From a candidate division WOR-3 bacterium (GTDB lineage: Bacteria; Hydrothermota; Tepidihabitantia; Tepidihabitantales; Tepidihabitantaceae): 64,000 bases of DNA. Both the position numbers and the translations under genes were made by a program. This document shows positions 40,178 through 47,869 of this stretch, in pieces. A model generated the notes under the pieces. It ran no database searches. It was given only the letters and a program-made list of their open reading frames with translations, and had not been told where the DNA came from. How positions within the stretch are numbered: position 1 is the stretch's first letter; the number at the start of each line of letters is the position of its first letter. The stretch lies in NCBI GenBank assembly GCA_016867815.1, contig VGIR01000002.1, positions 912-64,911 of the forward strand, given 5' to 3'.

Positions 40178-42217
40178 CTACTTTTTCTCGTCCACCTTGC
40201 TAGGGATAGCGCTGAGCTCGTCAAGAAGCTCACGGAATCGTTTCGGCTCGATGTCCCCTGTGTCCAGTAGGACAGAAAGCAGCTCTCCCGTGCGGTGCAT
40301 GAGGTCAGGGCAGTCGTCATTCGGAGACCCCCCGGCACCCCCAGGCTGCGCTCTTTCGGCAAGTGCCTCCAGTTCCGCGGCCTTGCTCTTCACTCGATCG
40401 TCCCGCGACGACACCATGTCCAGCGCTCGGCGTGCCGTTCGGAGAAGACGCTCCCGGTGGGACTCAGTCCAACTCCCGCTCCGCCCCTTTGCAGCTTCCA
40501 GCCATCCCGCAACATCCTCCTTGGTCAGCGGATCTTCGTGTTCCTCTTGCGCCACGATTTCGCTACCATCGAGCTTGTCCAATCCAACGTAGGTCACCGT
40601 CTTCCCGGACTGGCGATGCTGCAGCGCAAGCGACAGTTTGCGGTTCTCGTCCAGCGACACCTTCACGTCCACCAAGGGCAATTCGCTGTTCGGCCTAAGG
40701 CCAACGGGGACATGACCGAGGAGTTGGTATGACCAGACATCGCTTCCTACCGTCGACTTCGCTGCGTCCGGCACCTTGGAGACAAGACGGAATTTCACTT
40801 GCAGGAGTGTCGGGTCGCCGTATACGACTGAAACGGTGCCATCAATGGGGTATGTTGAGTTCGGGGGGATCGCAGTGTCGAAACGCGGGGCATGGCCCTT
40901 GACGAAGAACGTGGTCCCATACCCGTAGGGCGACCGCTTGACGACTGGCTCGATCACACGACCAGCCTTCAGGGCTGCTCCCTGAGCTACACACTCCATT
41001 GGGTTCACAGGGAAGCCACGCTGTTCAATCTGGTCAATCTGGGTTAGCACCTCTGCTCGGACACCGAGTGTGGCAAGCTCTTCTCGCACAGCCTTTCTGA
41101 TACACGGCATGTGCACAGGCCCGCCGACAAATAGCACATGGTCCAGCTCCTTCGCGGCGACATTGGCCTGACGCAGAGCAACGCCTATCGGTGTGCGGCT
41201 CTTCGCAAGAAACGACTGGTCATCCCCGCTGGCAGACTCAGAGAGAAGCCGCTCCAGGTCTGCACGGGTCAGCTCTAGCGACTGACCATCGGGTGACTCC
41301 ACGACCGTGGATTGTCTCTTGGAGAGTCTGATTTTCGCTCGCTCGACCTCGCTACGCAGCATGGCTTTCATCTTCGGGTCGGCATCAACGTCGTTGAGGC
41401 CGTGCTCATCAACCAAGTGGCTATACAGAACGTCGTCCATGTCGAGCCCGCCGAGCTTCTCGTTACCTGACGTCGCCGCCTCTCCGGGCGCGAGCTTGCC
41501 GCCGACCTCGGTAATGTGCAGGACCGTCACGTCCAGGGTACCCGCACCCATGTCGTAGGCAAGAATAACGGATTCCTTCTGAAGCTGAAGTCCGTACTTG
41601 ACCGCCGCTGCAGTCGGCTCAGCAATCGTGCCGAAATCGGTGAACCCGGCGTCGGCCGCCGCTCTCTGTATGGGTTGAACCCGAGTGTCCTTGAAGTACG
41701 CAGGTACGCTGATGACAGCCCGGCTGATCAGACCTCCGCCGGTGAACAGGTTGAGCGCCCGGTTCTCGGCGTCCTCCTTCACCTCGCGGAGTATGAACGT
41801 CAGAACCTCGGTTGGCGTAAGCGTACGGCCAGCCACGTTGATGAGTATGCCTCGATCAGGCCCTTCGATGATGTCGTACTGGAATCGCCTCACGTCACCG
41901 CTCTTGCATGCGGCGGCGTATGACAGGCCGACGAGCCGTTTGACGCCCCAGATGACGTGTTTGGGATTGATGGCCCAATCTTCCTTCGCCTTCTGGCCAA
42001 CGTACTTGACGTTGCCGTCAGCGCCAAAAGAGACGAACGACGGGAACTGCTTGCCGTAGAGAGTCTTCCCGTAACGACTTTCTATCATAGCTGGTGTGCT
42101 ATCGCGGGCGAATGCCGCAGCCGAGTTGAAAGTCCCGAGGTCGATGCCTATTGTGCGTTCTTCCACATGTTCTCCTTCAAGCGGCGGGAGCCACCTTCTC
42201 CTGGCCTGCACTGACAA
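40178..42217 (-). CDS. Atypical Hsp70-family ATPase (DnaK/HscC-like nucleotide-binding domain with a divergent C-terminal region)
   Basis: 679 aa. Hsp70 nucleotide-binding-domain motifs are present: IGIDLGTFNSAAA (phosphate 1), VISVPAYF, DMGAGTLDV (phosphate 2) and LFVGGPVHMP (adenosine). The C-terminal ~250 aa lack the canonical substrate-binding-domain signature. The start is uncertain: the annotated ATG overlaps the upstream gene by 41 nt, and an in-frame GTG lies about 50 nt downstream. Confidence 0.85.
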   Translation of the reverse strand: MSVQARRRWLPPLEGEHVEERTIGIDLGTFNSAAAFARDSTPAMIESRYGKTLYGKQFPSFVSFGADGNVKYVGQKAKEDWAINPKHVIWGVKRLVGLSYAAACKSGDVRRFQYDIIEGPDRGILINVAGRTLTPTEVLTFILREVKEDAENRALNLFTGGGLISRAVISVPAYFKDTRVQPIQRAAADAGFTDFGTIAEPTAAAVKYGLQLQKESVILAYDMGAGTLDVTVLHITEVGGKLAPGEAATSGNEKLGGLDMDDVLYSHLVDEHGLNDVDADPKMKAMLRSEVERAKIRLSKRQSTVVESPDGQSLELTRADLERLLSESASGDDQSFLAKSRTPIGVALRQANVAAKELDHVLFVGGPVHMPCIRKAVREELATLGVRAEVLTQIDQIEQRGFPVNPMECVAQGAALKAGRVIEPVVKRSPYGYGTTFFVKGHAPRFDTAIPPNSTYPIDGTVSVVYGDPTLLQVKFRLVSKVPDAAKSTVGSDVWSYQLLGHVPVGLRPNSELPLVDVKVSLDENRKLSLALQHRQSGKTVTYVGLDKLDGSEIVAQEEHEDPLTKEDVAGWLEAAKGRSGSWTESHRERLLRTARRALDMVSSRDDRVKSKAAELEALAERAQPGGAGGSPNDDCPDLMHRTGELLSVLLDTGDIEPKRFRELLDELSAIPSKVDEKK

Positions 42218-43490
42218 TTACGTCCGCTGGGCGTAGCACTTCAAGTTCTTCAGGCGAGCCACCTCTGATGCAGTAGCCTTTGCGGGCTACAGACAGCACC
42301 GTGCCCGTCGGTGATGAATCTGGGCGCTTCTCCAAGATGTTGTGTTGCAGATGGACGAACGGCCGACCCATCTCCACGCGGATTTCCTCGATTCCTACGT
42401 CTTCGATCGTCCGTCGTGCGACGCGCAGTTCCCTCGCAAGCTCGCTGTTCATGCCACCGCGCGTCTCGGTCAGTTCGAGGTTGTCTAAGAGCGTGAACAG
42501 GCCGTTCGCAACTGCGTGGTAGCGCGAGCGGGCCTCCCTTGTGACCTCGCCGCCTTCCACTCCGAAGCGCCAGATGCTCGCCCCTAGGTCTCGCATCTTC
42601 TCACGCGCAGCGTCCATCGTTTCCGCAACAGCCGACGCCGTGTCAGCCAGCTCGCCGGCGGTCTGCCCTTCTCGGGCGACGTCAGCAGCGGATCGAGTTT
42701 CAGCGCGCCCCTCTCGTGGTCCAGCAACGAACCGCACAACGAAAGCTGTGACCAAGCATGCCAGAAGCAACCCCCCAACGATGGGAATCCAGAGGGGGAT
42801 ACCCCGGGACGAGCGAGACGGTTGGTTGGATGTGGTCACTAGAGTGCGAGCGAGCATCCGAAGTCTATCGCGGAGTGTGGCTAGATCAGGGGCACTGGAC
42901 ATGTGACCGCCTGCGGCTCGCGCCAAGTCTGCAAGCAGTGACGTGTTAGCGCCCTCTGCGCCGGCGAGCCCGGTTACTAGCACCCGGGATGCTGTCCGGC
43001 GCAGACGCGGGGCCGTCTGTTCAAGGAGGACGGCCGCTGCCGAGTCTGTTGCCCTAGCTCCCCCCGGGACATCAAGCCAGCCGTCGGTGAGCAGAACGAT
43101 GACTCTGTTGGCCATCGGGCGAGCAGCGGCGAGCAGCGAGTCGGACATCATCAGCCCAGGATTCACGTCAGTATAGCCGTCTGCGAACTTGAGACCTTTG
43201 GATTTGAGACCCTTCAGTATCGCTGCGCTGACGCCATCACGGCTAGAGTCGGCCATGACGGTCCACGGTACTATCAGTCTGGCCTCTGACCCGAAGGCCA
43301 CGACTGCAAGTCGGCATTGCGCATCAAGGGAGTCAGCAAACTCCGCCACTGCCGCCGCGGTTGACGCCGGTACGGAGCCGGAGTTGTCAATCACTAGCAC
43401 AACATCGGTCAGTCTCTCGGTCGGAGCCTGCGCTGAGAGAGCGATCGCTACGGCTACCAACAGCAGTACGAACGTGCGCACGGCGGTCAT
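42177..43490 (-). CDS. Fusion protein: signal peptide + periplasmic vWA (MIDAS) domain + single TM + cytoplasmic GrpE-like nucleotide-exchange domain
   Basis: 437 aa. It has signal peptide MTAVRTFVLLLVAVAIALSAQA, vWA MIDAS motif VLVIDNSGS...LLTDG, and TM helix IPLWIPIVGGLLLACLVTAFVV. The C-terminus ...DVGIEEIRVEMGRPFVHLQHNIL...PTGTVLSVARKGYCIRGG...EVLRPADVIVSAG matches the GrpE C-terminal block (G.PFDP..H.A...PGTV..V.QKGY.L..R.LRPA.V.V). It overlaps the AAA+ gene by 4 nt (ATGA). Confidence 0.7.
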   Translation of the reverse strand: MTAVRTFVLLLVAVAIALSAQAPTERLTDVVLVIDNSGSVPASTAAAVAEFADSLDAQCRLAVVAFGSEARLIVPWTVMADSSRDGVSAAILKGLKSKGLKFADGYTDVNPGLMMSDSLLAAARPMANRVIVLLTDGWLDVPGGARATDSAAAVLLEQTAPRLRRTASRVLVTGLAGAEGANTSLLADLARAAGGHMSSAPDLATLRDRLRMLARTLVTTSNQPSRSSRGIPLWIPIVGGLLLACLVTAFVVRFVAGPREGRAETRSAADVAREGQTAGELADTASAVAETMDAAREKMRDLGASIWRFGVEGGEVTREARSRYHAVANGLFTLLDNLELTETRGGMNSELARELRVARRTIEDVGIEEIRVEMGRPFVHLQHNILEKRPDSSPTGTVLSVARKGYCIRGGSPEELEVLRPADVIVSAGQEKVAPAA

Positions 43491-45658
43491 GAGTTCTCCT
43501 TCTTCTCTGCCCCGAAGCCGATGCGCTTTGGCTTCAGCTTCTTGGTTCCTTCCTGAACTCTGGCAATAGCCGCAGTGAGGTGAGCCATTTTCACCACAAT
43601 CCCGCGCGGCGCGAACTTGTTGTCACGCAGGGCGGAGAATGCGGCCTCGCGGCATACCTCGGCCAACTCGGCCCCGGAGAAGCCTTCCGTGATGGCCACA
43701 AGCCGGTCGACACGCACGTCGTCCGCCAGCGGTTTGCGCTTCAGGTGTACGTTCAAGACGGCCTTGCGCGCTCCGGCGTCCGGCAGTGGGACTTCAACTT
43801 GGTAGTCGAATCTGCCGGGCCGAAGCAGCGCGGGGTCGAGGATGTCCGGTCGGTTGGTGGCCCCGATGACGAACACGCCGTCCGCAGACTCGGCGCCGTC
43901 TATCTCGGACAGAATCTGGTTGACCACCGTGGCGTCCGCGCGTTCGCCGTAGCTGCCGAGTCCCTCCGACCTTGCGGCGGCCACCGCGTCAATCTCATCG
44001 AAGAAGACCACGCAGGGGGCGTTCTGCCGGGCTTTGGAGAAGATGAACCGGACACGGTGTTCAGATTCTCCGTACCACTTGGAGCGGATTTCCGGGCCTT
44101 TGACGAAAATGAAGTTGGCACCGCACTCGGCTGCCGCGGCCTTGGCGAGCAGGGTCTTTCCTGTCCCCGGTGGGCCGTACAGAAGGATGCCCTTGGCGGG
44201 CTTCACATCGGCGGCCTCGAAAGCCTCACGCTTGGTCATCGCGTAGGTGATGTTCTCGACCAGGAGTCGTTTCACGTTGTCGAGCCCGCCGACTTCGTCC
44301 CAACTCACGTGCGGGATTTCAATCATGAACTCGCGCATTGCGGATGGCGAGACTGTGGCCAGCGCCTGGTTGAAGTCAGCCTGTGTCACCTGCGTGTCGG
44401 CCGGGACTTCCTTGAGTTCCTCCATACCGGCCACGGGCATCACGCGCCGGAGTGCGTCATACGCCGCCTCACGGCACAGAGAGGCCAGGTCAGCCCCAAC
44501 GTAGCCGACGGCACGCTCTGCCACCGACGCCAAGTCGACCTCAGGTGACAGGGGCATGCCACGCGTGTGTATGAGCAGAATCTCCCGGCGCCCCGAGGGG
44601 TCCGGAACTCCAATCTGGATCTCGTGTTCGAACCGCCCTCCCCGTCTGAGCGCGGGGTCGATCGCGTCGATGCGGTTCGTAGTGCCGATAACCACGACAG
44701 GCCCCTTCTTCTGCTTCAGACCGTCCATTTGAGCAAGGAAAGTCGCAACAACCCGCTGCTCAAGGTCACCGTGCGCAGACTCGCGCTTTGGGACCAGGGA
44801 GTCGAGTTCGTCGACGACTACGATGGCTGGTGCGTGGTTCTCGGCTTCGTCGAAGATACCGCGAACGTTCTCTTCCGTCTTGCCGTACATCGACGTGAAC
44901 AACTCCGGCCCGCTCACGCAGTAGAAGTTGGCCTTGATCTGGCTGGCAAGAGCCTTGGCAATCAGCGTCTTTCCGGTTCCGGGCGGACCATGGAGGATGA
45001 TGCCGCGCGGCGGCGTAATCCCCATGCGCTGGAGGACTTGTGGAAACCGCAGTGGATACTCCACGATCTCGCGAACTCTCGCGATTTCACGGCCCAGGCC
45101 GCCGATGTCGTGATAGCCCAGGGGAGTCTGCACGACCGCCTCTGGCTTCGTAGTGACCTGCGTGTCAGCGGTAATGGCGCAGACCCCCTTTGGATCGGTG
45201 CGTACCACCACGACCGGTCTCGGCTCCCCTGTGAAAGTGAAGAAGGCAGTCTCCTCGCCATCGGTGATAGGCTTGCCCATTATCCCTTCGCGTTCCTTGT
45301 CGCTGAAGTCTACCGGTACGTTCAGTTGTACTCTGCGGGCCTTGCTCGGGGACGAGAACTCAACCGACACGCGGTCCGTAGTCTCGACAGCGAGACAGCG
45401 TAGCTTGTATCTGTCAATCTGCAGGCGGGTCCGCGTGCCCGTTCTTACGTCGTCAATGATGCAGCCGCAGGCGCGGCCGTGAGCCCGGATGGTGGCGTAG
45501 CAGAGGCCGCCACTTGCGCGAGCGGATTCGAAAGCTCTGCGCGCGTCTACGTGCACGTCGGTCACGCATTCCAGCAGGCCGCGGTGCGTGCCGTCCAGGT
45601 CTATGCGACCCGACACCTCGGCAGTCAGCTTGGCCTGCGTCAACAGACTGCCCCACAA
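43487..45658 (-). CDS. CDC48/VCP/VAT-like AAA+ ATPase (N-domain + tandem D1 and D2 AAA modules)
   Basis: 723 aa with a TTG start. It has an N-terminal double-psi-barrel-like region and two complete AAA cassettes (GPPGTGKTLIAKA...DELD...; GPPGTGKTLLAKA...DEID...), each with second-region-of-homology arginines. Confidence 0.9.
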   Translation of the reverse strand: MWGSLLTQAKLTAEVSGRIDLDGTHRGLLECVTDVHVDARRAFESARASGGLCYATIRAHGRACGCIIDDVRTGTRTRLQIDRYKLRCLAVETTDRVSVEFSSPSKARRVQLNVPVDFSDKEREGIMGKPITDGEETAFFTFTGEPRPVVVVRTDPKGVCAITADTQVTTKPEAVVQTPLGYHDIGGLGREIARVREIVEYPLRFPQVLQRMGITPPRGIILHGPPGTGKTLIAKALASQIKANFYCVSGPELFTSMYGKTEENVRGIFDEAENHAPAIVVVDELDSLVPKRESAHGDLEQRVVATFLAQMDGLKQKKGPVVVIGTTNRIDAIDPALRRGGRFEHEIQIGVPDPSGRREILLIHTRGMPLSPEVDLASVAERAVGYVGADLASLCREAAYDALRRVMPVAGMEELKEVPADTQVTQADFNQALATVSPSAMREFMIEIPHVSWDEVGGLDNVKRLLVENITYAMTKREAFEAADVKPAKGILLYGPPGTGKTLLAKAAAAECGANFIFVKGPEIRSKWYGESEHRVRFIFSKARQNAPCVVFFDEIDAVAAARSEGLGSYGERADATVVNQILSEIDGAESADGVFVIGATNRPDILDPALLRPGRFDYQVEVPLPDAGARKAVLNVHLKRKPLADDVRVDRLVAITEGFSGAELAEVCREAAFSALRDNKFAPRGIVVKMAHLTAAIARVQEGTKKLKPKRIGFGAEKKENS

Positions 45659-45855
45659 TCGTCATTGTGATGGATGATGACTCGGTCTAGCATGTGGAGG
45701 TCATAGCGGAAGGCTAGTTCAAGTCAAGCAGCGCGTCGGCGCCGTGGCGGTGGTGAAGAGTTACCGGACGACCCAGCGGAGGACGCGTCGGAGCGACGCG
45801 AGCTTCCAGTTTCCAGTCTGCAGGTTGCAGTGCAAAGGACCAATCGAAGAGATGC

Positions 45856-45893
45856 CGCGCAGGTCAAAGGTCAAAAGGCAAAGGTCAAAGGTC
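45856..45893. repeat. Tandem heptamer repeat (AAGGTCA-like) x5
   Basis: The sequence reads aggtcaaaggtcaaaaggcaaaggtcaaaggtcaag. Confidence 0.6.
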
Positions 45894-46335
45894 AAGATTG
45901 CCGGATGTCCAGGCCGGGTCGGGTCAAGTTCCGGCGCCGGAAATGGCGAGAAGAGAATCAGCCGGAAGGGGGTCCTGACCGAGTAGCGCGCGAAGGGGAA
46001 GAACCTTGAGGGGCAAGCGAAAATCTGCCCCTCGTCTTTCACGAGGCACGCCCAATCGCAGGCAGCAGTGCCCGCGTCCGTCTTCTCGGCCCTGAACTCG
46101 CCCCGCATCGCCCAGCGACCCACTGCGTCAGTTGCAGCCGGGTTTGCGGCTCGCCATTCAGCAGTAGTCACGCTCTCGGGCAGACTCTCACCTCCCTCTT
46201 CGCTGGCCGCCTTAGCTACGACCTAGCTCAGGGCTTGACCCCGAGCCTTGCTTGCGACCCGCAACACCCGTCTGCCCGCACTTCAACCCACGCCCTGACT
46301 CGCGGCCCCGCTTAGGACTCGACCCAGGATTCCGC

Positions 46336-46455
46336 ATCTCAATCGGCACTTCACTCGGCATTTCACTCAGCACTTGAGTCGGCAACTCAGTTAACCACTC
46401 AATTGGCATCTCACTCAGCTACTCATTCGGTATTTCACTAGTCCAGTCAATCGAG
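46336..46455. repeat. Degenerate 12-nt tandem array (~10 units, consensus AyTTCACTCGGC) in a long low-GC non-coding spacer
   Basis: The units are atctcaatcggc, acttcactcggc, atttcactcagc, acttgagtcggc, aactcagttaac, cactcaattggc, atctcactcagc, tactcattcggt, atttcactagtc and cagtcaatcgag. Related 'attcagtc' and 'gagtcact' motifs recur up to about 46620. Confidence 0.65.
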
Positions 46456-46919
46456 TAGTAACTAAAGCATTCAATCCTCGATTCAGTCGGCAAGTCAGCC
46501 GGAGATTCAGTCCTTACTTCACTTGCCAGGTCGCTGCTCGATTCAGTCGAGAGATTACCTGTCTACTCATCTGGGAAATCAGGCGGGGAGTCACTCCCGG
46601 TGTGACTGGGGGAGTCACTGGGGGATTCCTGATGTCAGTGCTGATGCAGGCGCTGGGGCGAATAGGATAGTATATTGATTCTATGATGGTTAGGCAGTCA
46701 CACCGCCGCGCTTGACCGTCGATTCTCTGTGCAGTACTGTGTTGAGCTAGGGTCACGTCTCTGTGAAGCGTGCTGATGGGCTCTGAGTACTGCATTCCGT
46801 GGTCCTCGGTGAACAAAGCCCGGCCGGTAACGGTGAAGACCACGCAATATGGATATGACCCGAGCAGTCTTTAGGGAAGTCAACCCGCGGGGGTGAGGCC
46901 CTGCGAATGGAGGAGAACA

Positions 46920-47444
46920 ATGAGTGACCCGGTGAAGCGAGCGGAGCGGTGGAAGGCAAAGTACAAGACCCAGCGGGTGAAAGAGACGCTGGACGACATC
47001 CGTGAAGACATGGCCAAGCGCTACGAAGCCGCGATTGCCGACGTCTGCGTGATGGAGGGCAAGGTCAAAGAGGTCATCAACGCGGCCGGGGTTTCGACCT
47101 CGCTGTACGTGCCCTACCTCAACTTCGGTCGGCAGCTCTACAAACTGACGCGTCAGCAGAACATCACGGGCGAGAGCTTTGCGATGGCTGCCCAGGTGCT
47201 CCTCGACAAATGGGCGGCGCGCGGCTGCGACGCCTGCACCGGGACACGAGCGGGCAGGCACTGCTCGAAACCGTGGTCGCCTTTCCGGTGCTCCTGTTCT
47301 TCATGCTGGTCGTCATGGAGTTGTCGCTGCTGTACAATGCCAAGCAGTTGGCAAACTACGCCGCGTTCTGCGCGGCCCGCACGGCAGCGGTCAACGGCGT
47401 CAGCGCTACCGGGAAAACGCACTTCGCCGCGGCGATGGCGATGA
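46920..47444 (+). CDS. Hypothetical protein at the head of the Tad locus; the 3' part is questionable because of a frame overlap with the next gene
   Basis: The ATG at 46920 is preceded by GGAGGAG. The first ~100 aa (MSDPVKRAERWKAKYKTQRVKETLDDIREDMAKRYEAAIADV...) are protein-like. The last ~75 aa are Cys/Ser/Trp-rich, junk-like, and overlap the TadE-like gene by 234 nt. Confidence 0.3.
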   Translation: MSDPVKRAERWKAKYKTQRVKETLDDIREDMAKRYEAAIADVCVMEGKVKEVINAAGVSTSLYVPYLNFGRQLYKLTRQQNITGESFAMAAQVLLDKWAARGCDACTGTRAGRHCSKPWSPFRCSCSSCWSSWSCRCCTMPSSWQTTPRSARPARQRSTASALPGKRTSPRRWR

Positions 47445-47842
47445 GTCCGCTTTCCTCCGCGACCAACGTCAATGCCAACGAGATCCTGCTCGACTACGGC
47501 CTGACGAACCCGACCCAGACGGTCGCGGCCATCTGCAGCATCCCCGGTTTCCAGGGCGACAACGACAAGTGGCTGGCTCGTCTCGCCAACGCCTACCTGA
47601 GGACCGGTGCGCCTTCTTTTGCCGTGGCAAACTACGGGACGCGGAAGAACGTCACCGCGAACGTCACCTACGTCTATCGCTGCAGCTTCTGGCCGTTCGG
47701 CATCGTCTGGGGCCAGTCGGCAATCACCACCTACTACAACTCGCTCCCGGCCATCATCAAGCCTTTCGCCACGTTCGTCAATACGTGGCGCTGGAACATT
47801 GTGATTCACGGCCGCGCCGTGACCGACTACTGGTCATCCTAG
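47210..47842 (+). CDS. TadE-like pilus assembly / pseudopilin protein
   Basis: 210 aa reading ...HRDTSGQALLETVVAFPVLLFFMLVVMELSLLYNAKQLANYAAFCAAR, the TadE N-terminal motif with a class-III signal-like hydrophobic helix. Confidence 0.7.
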   Translation: MGGARLRRLHRDTSGQALLETVVAFPVLLFFMLVVMELSLLYNAKQLANYAAFCAARTAAVNGVSATGKTHFAAAMAMSPLSSATNVNANEILLDYGLTNPTQTVAAICSIPGFQGDNDKWLARLANAYLRTGAPSFAVANYGTRKNVTANVTYVYRCSFWPFGIVWGQSAITTYYNSLPAIIKPFATFVNTWRWNIVIHGRAVTDYWSS

Positions 47843-47869
47843 CGGCATGAGGGTACAGGGGGAAACAAC

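Noticed and set aside
43580-44548. 322-aa plus-strand ORF
   Set aside because: It is antisense to the CDC48-like AAA+ gene, whose Walker motifs are intact in the minus-strand frame.
46336-46455. Possible CRISPR array
   Set aside because: The 12-nt units are directly contiguous with no unique spacers, and the repeat length is far below CRISPR norms. I classify it as a degenerate minisatellite or binding-site array.
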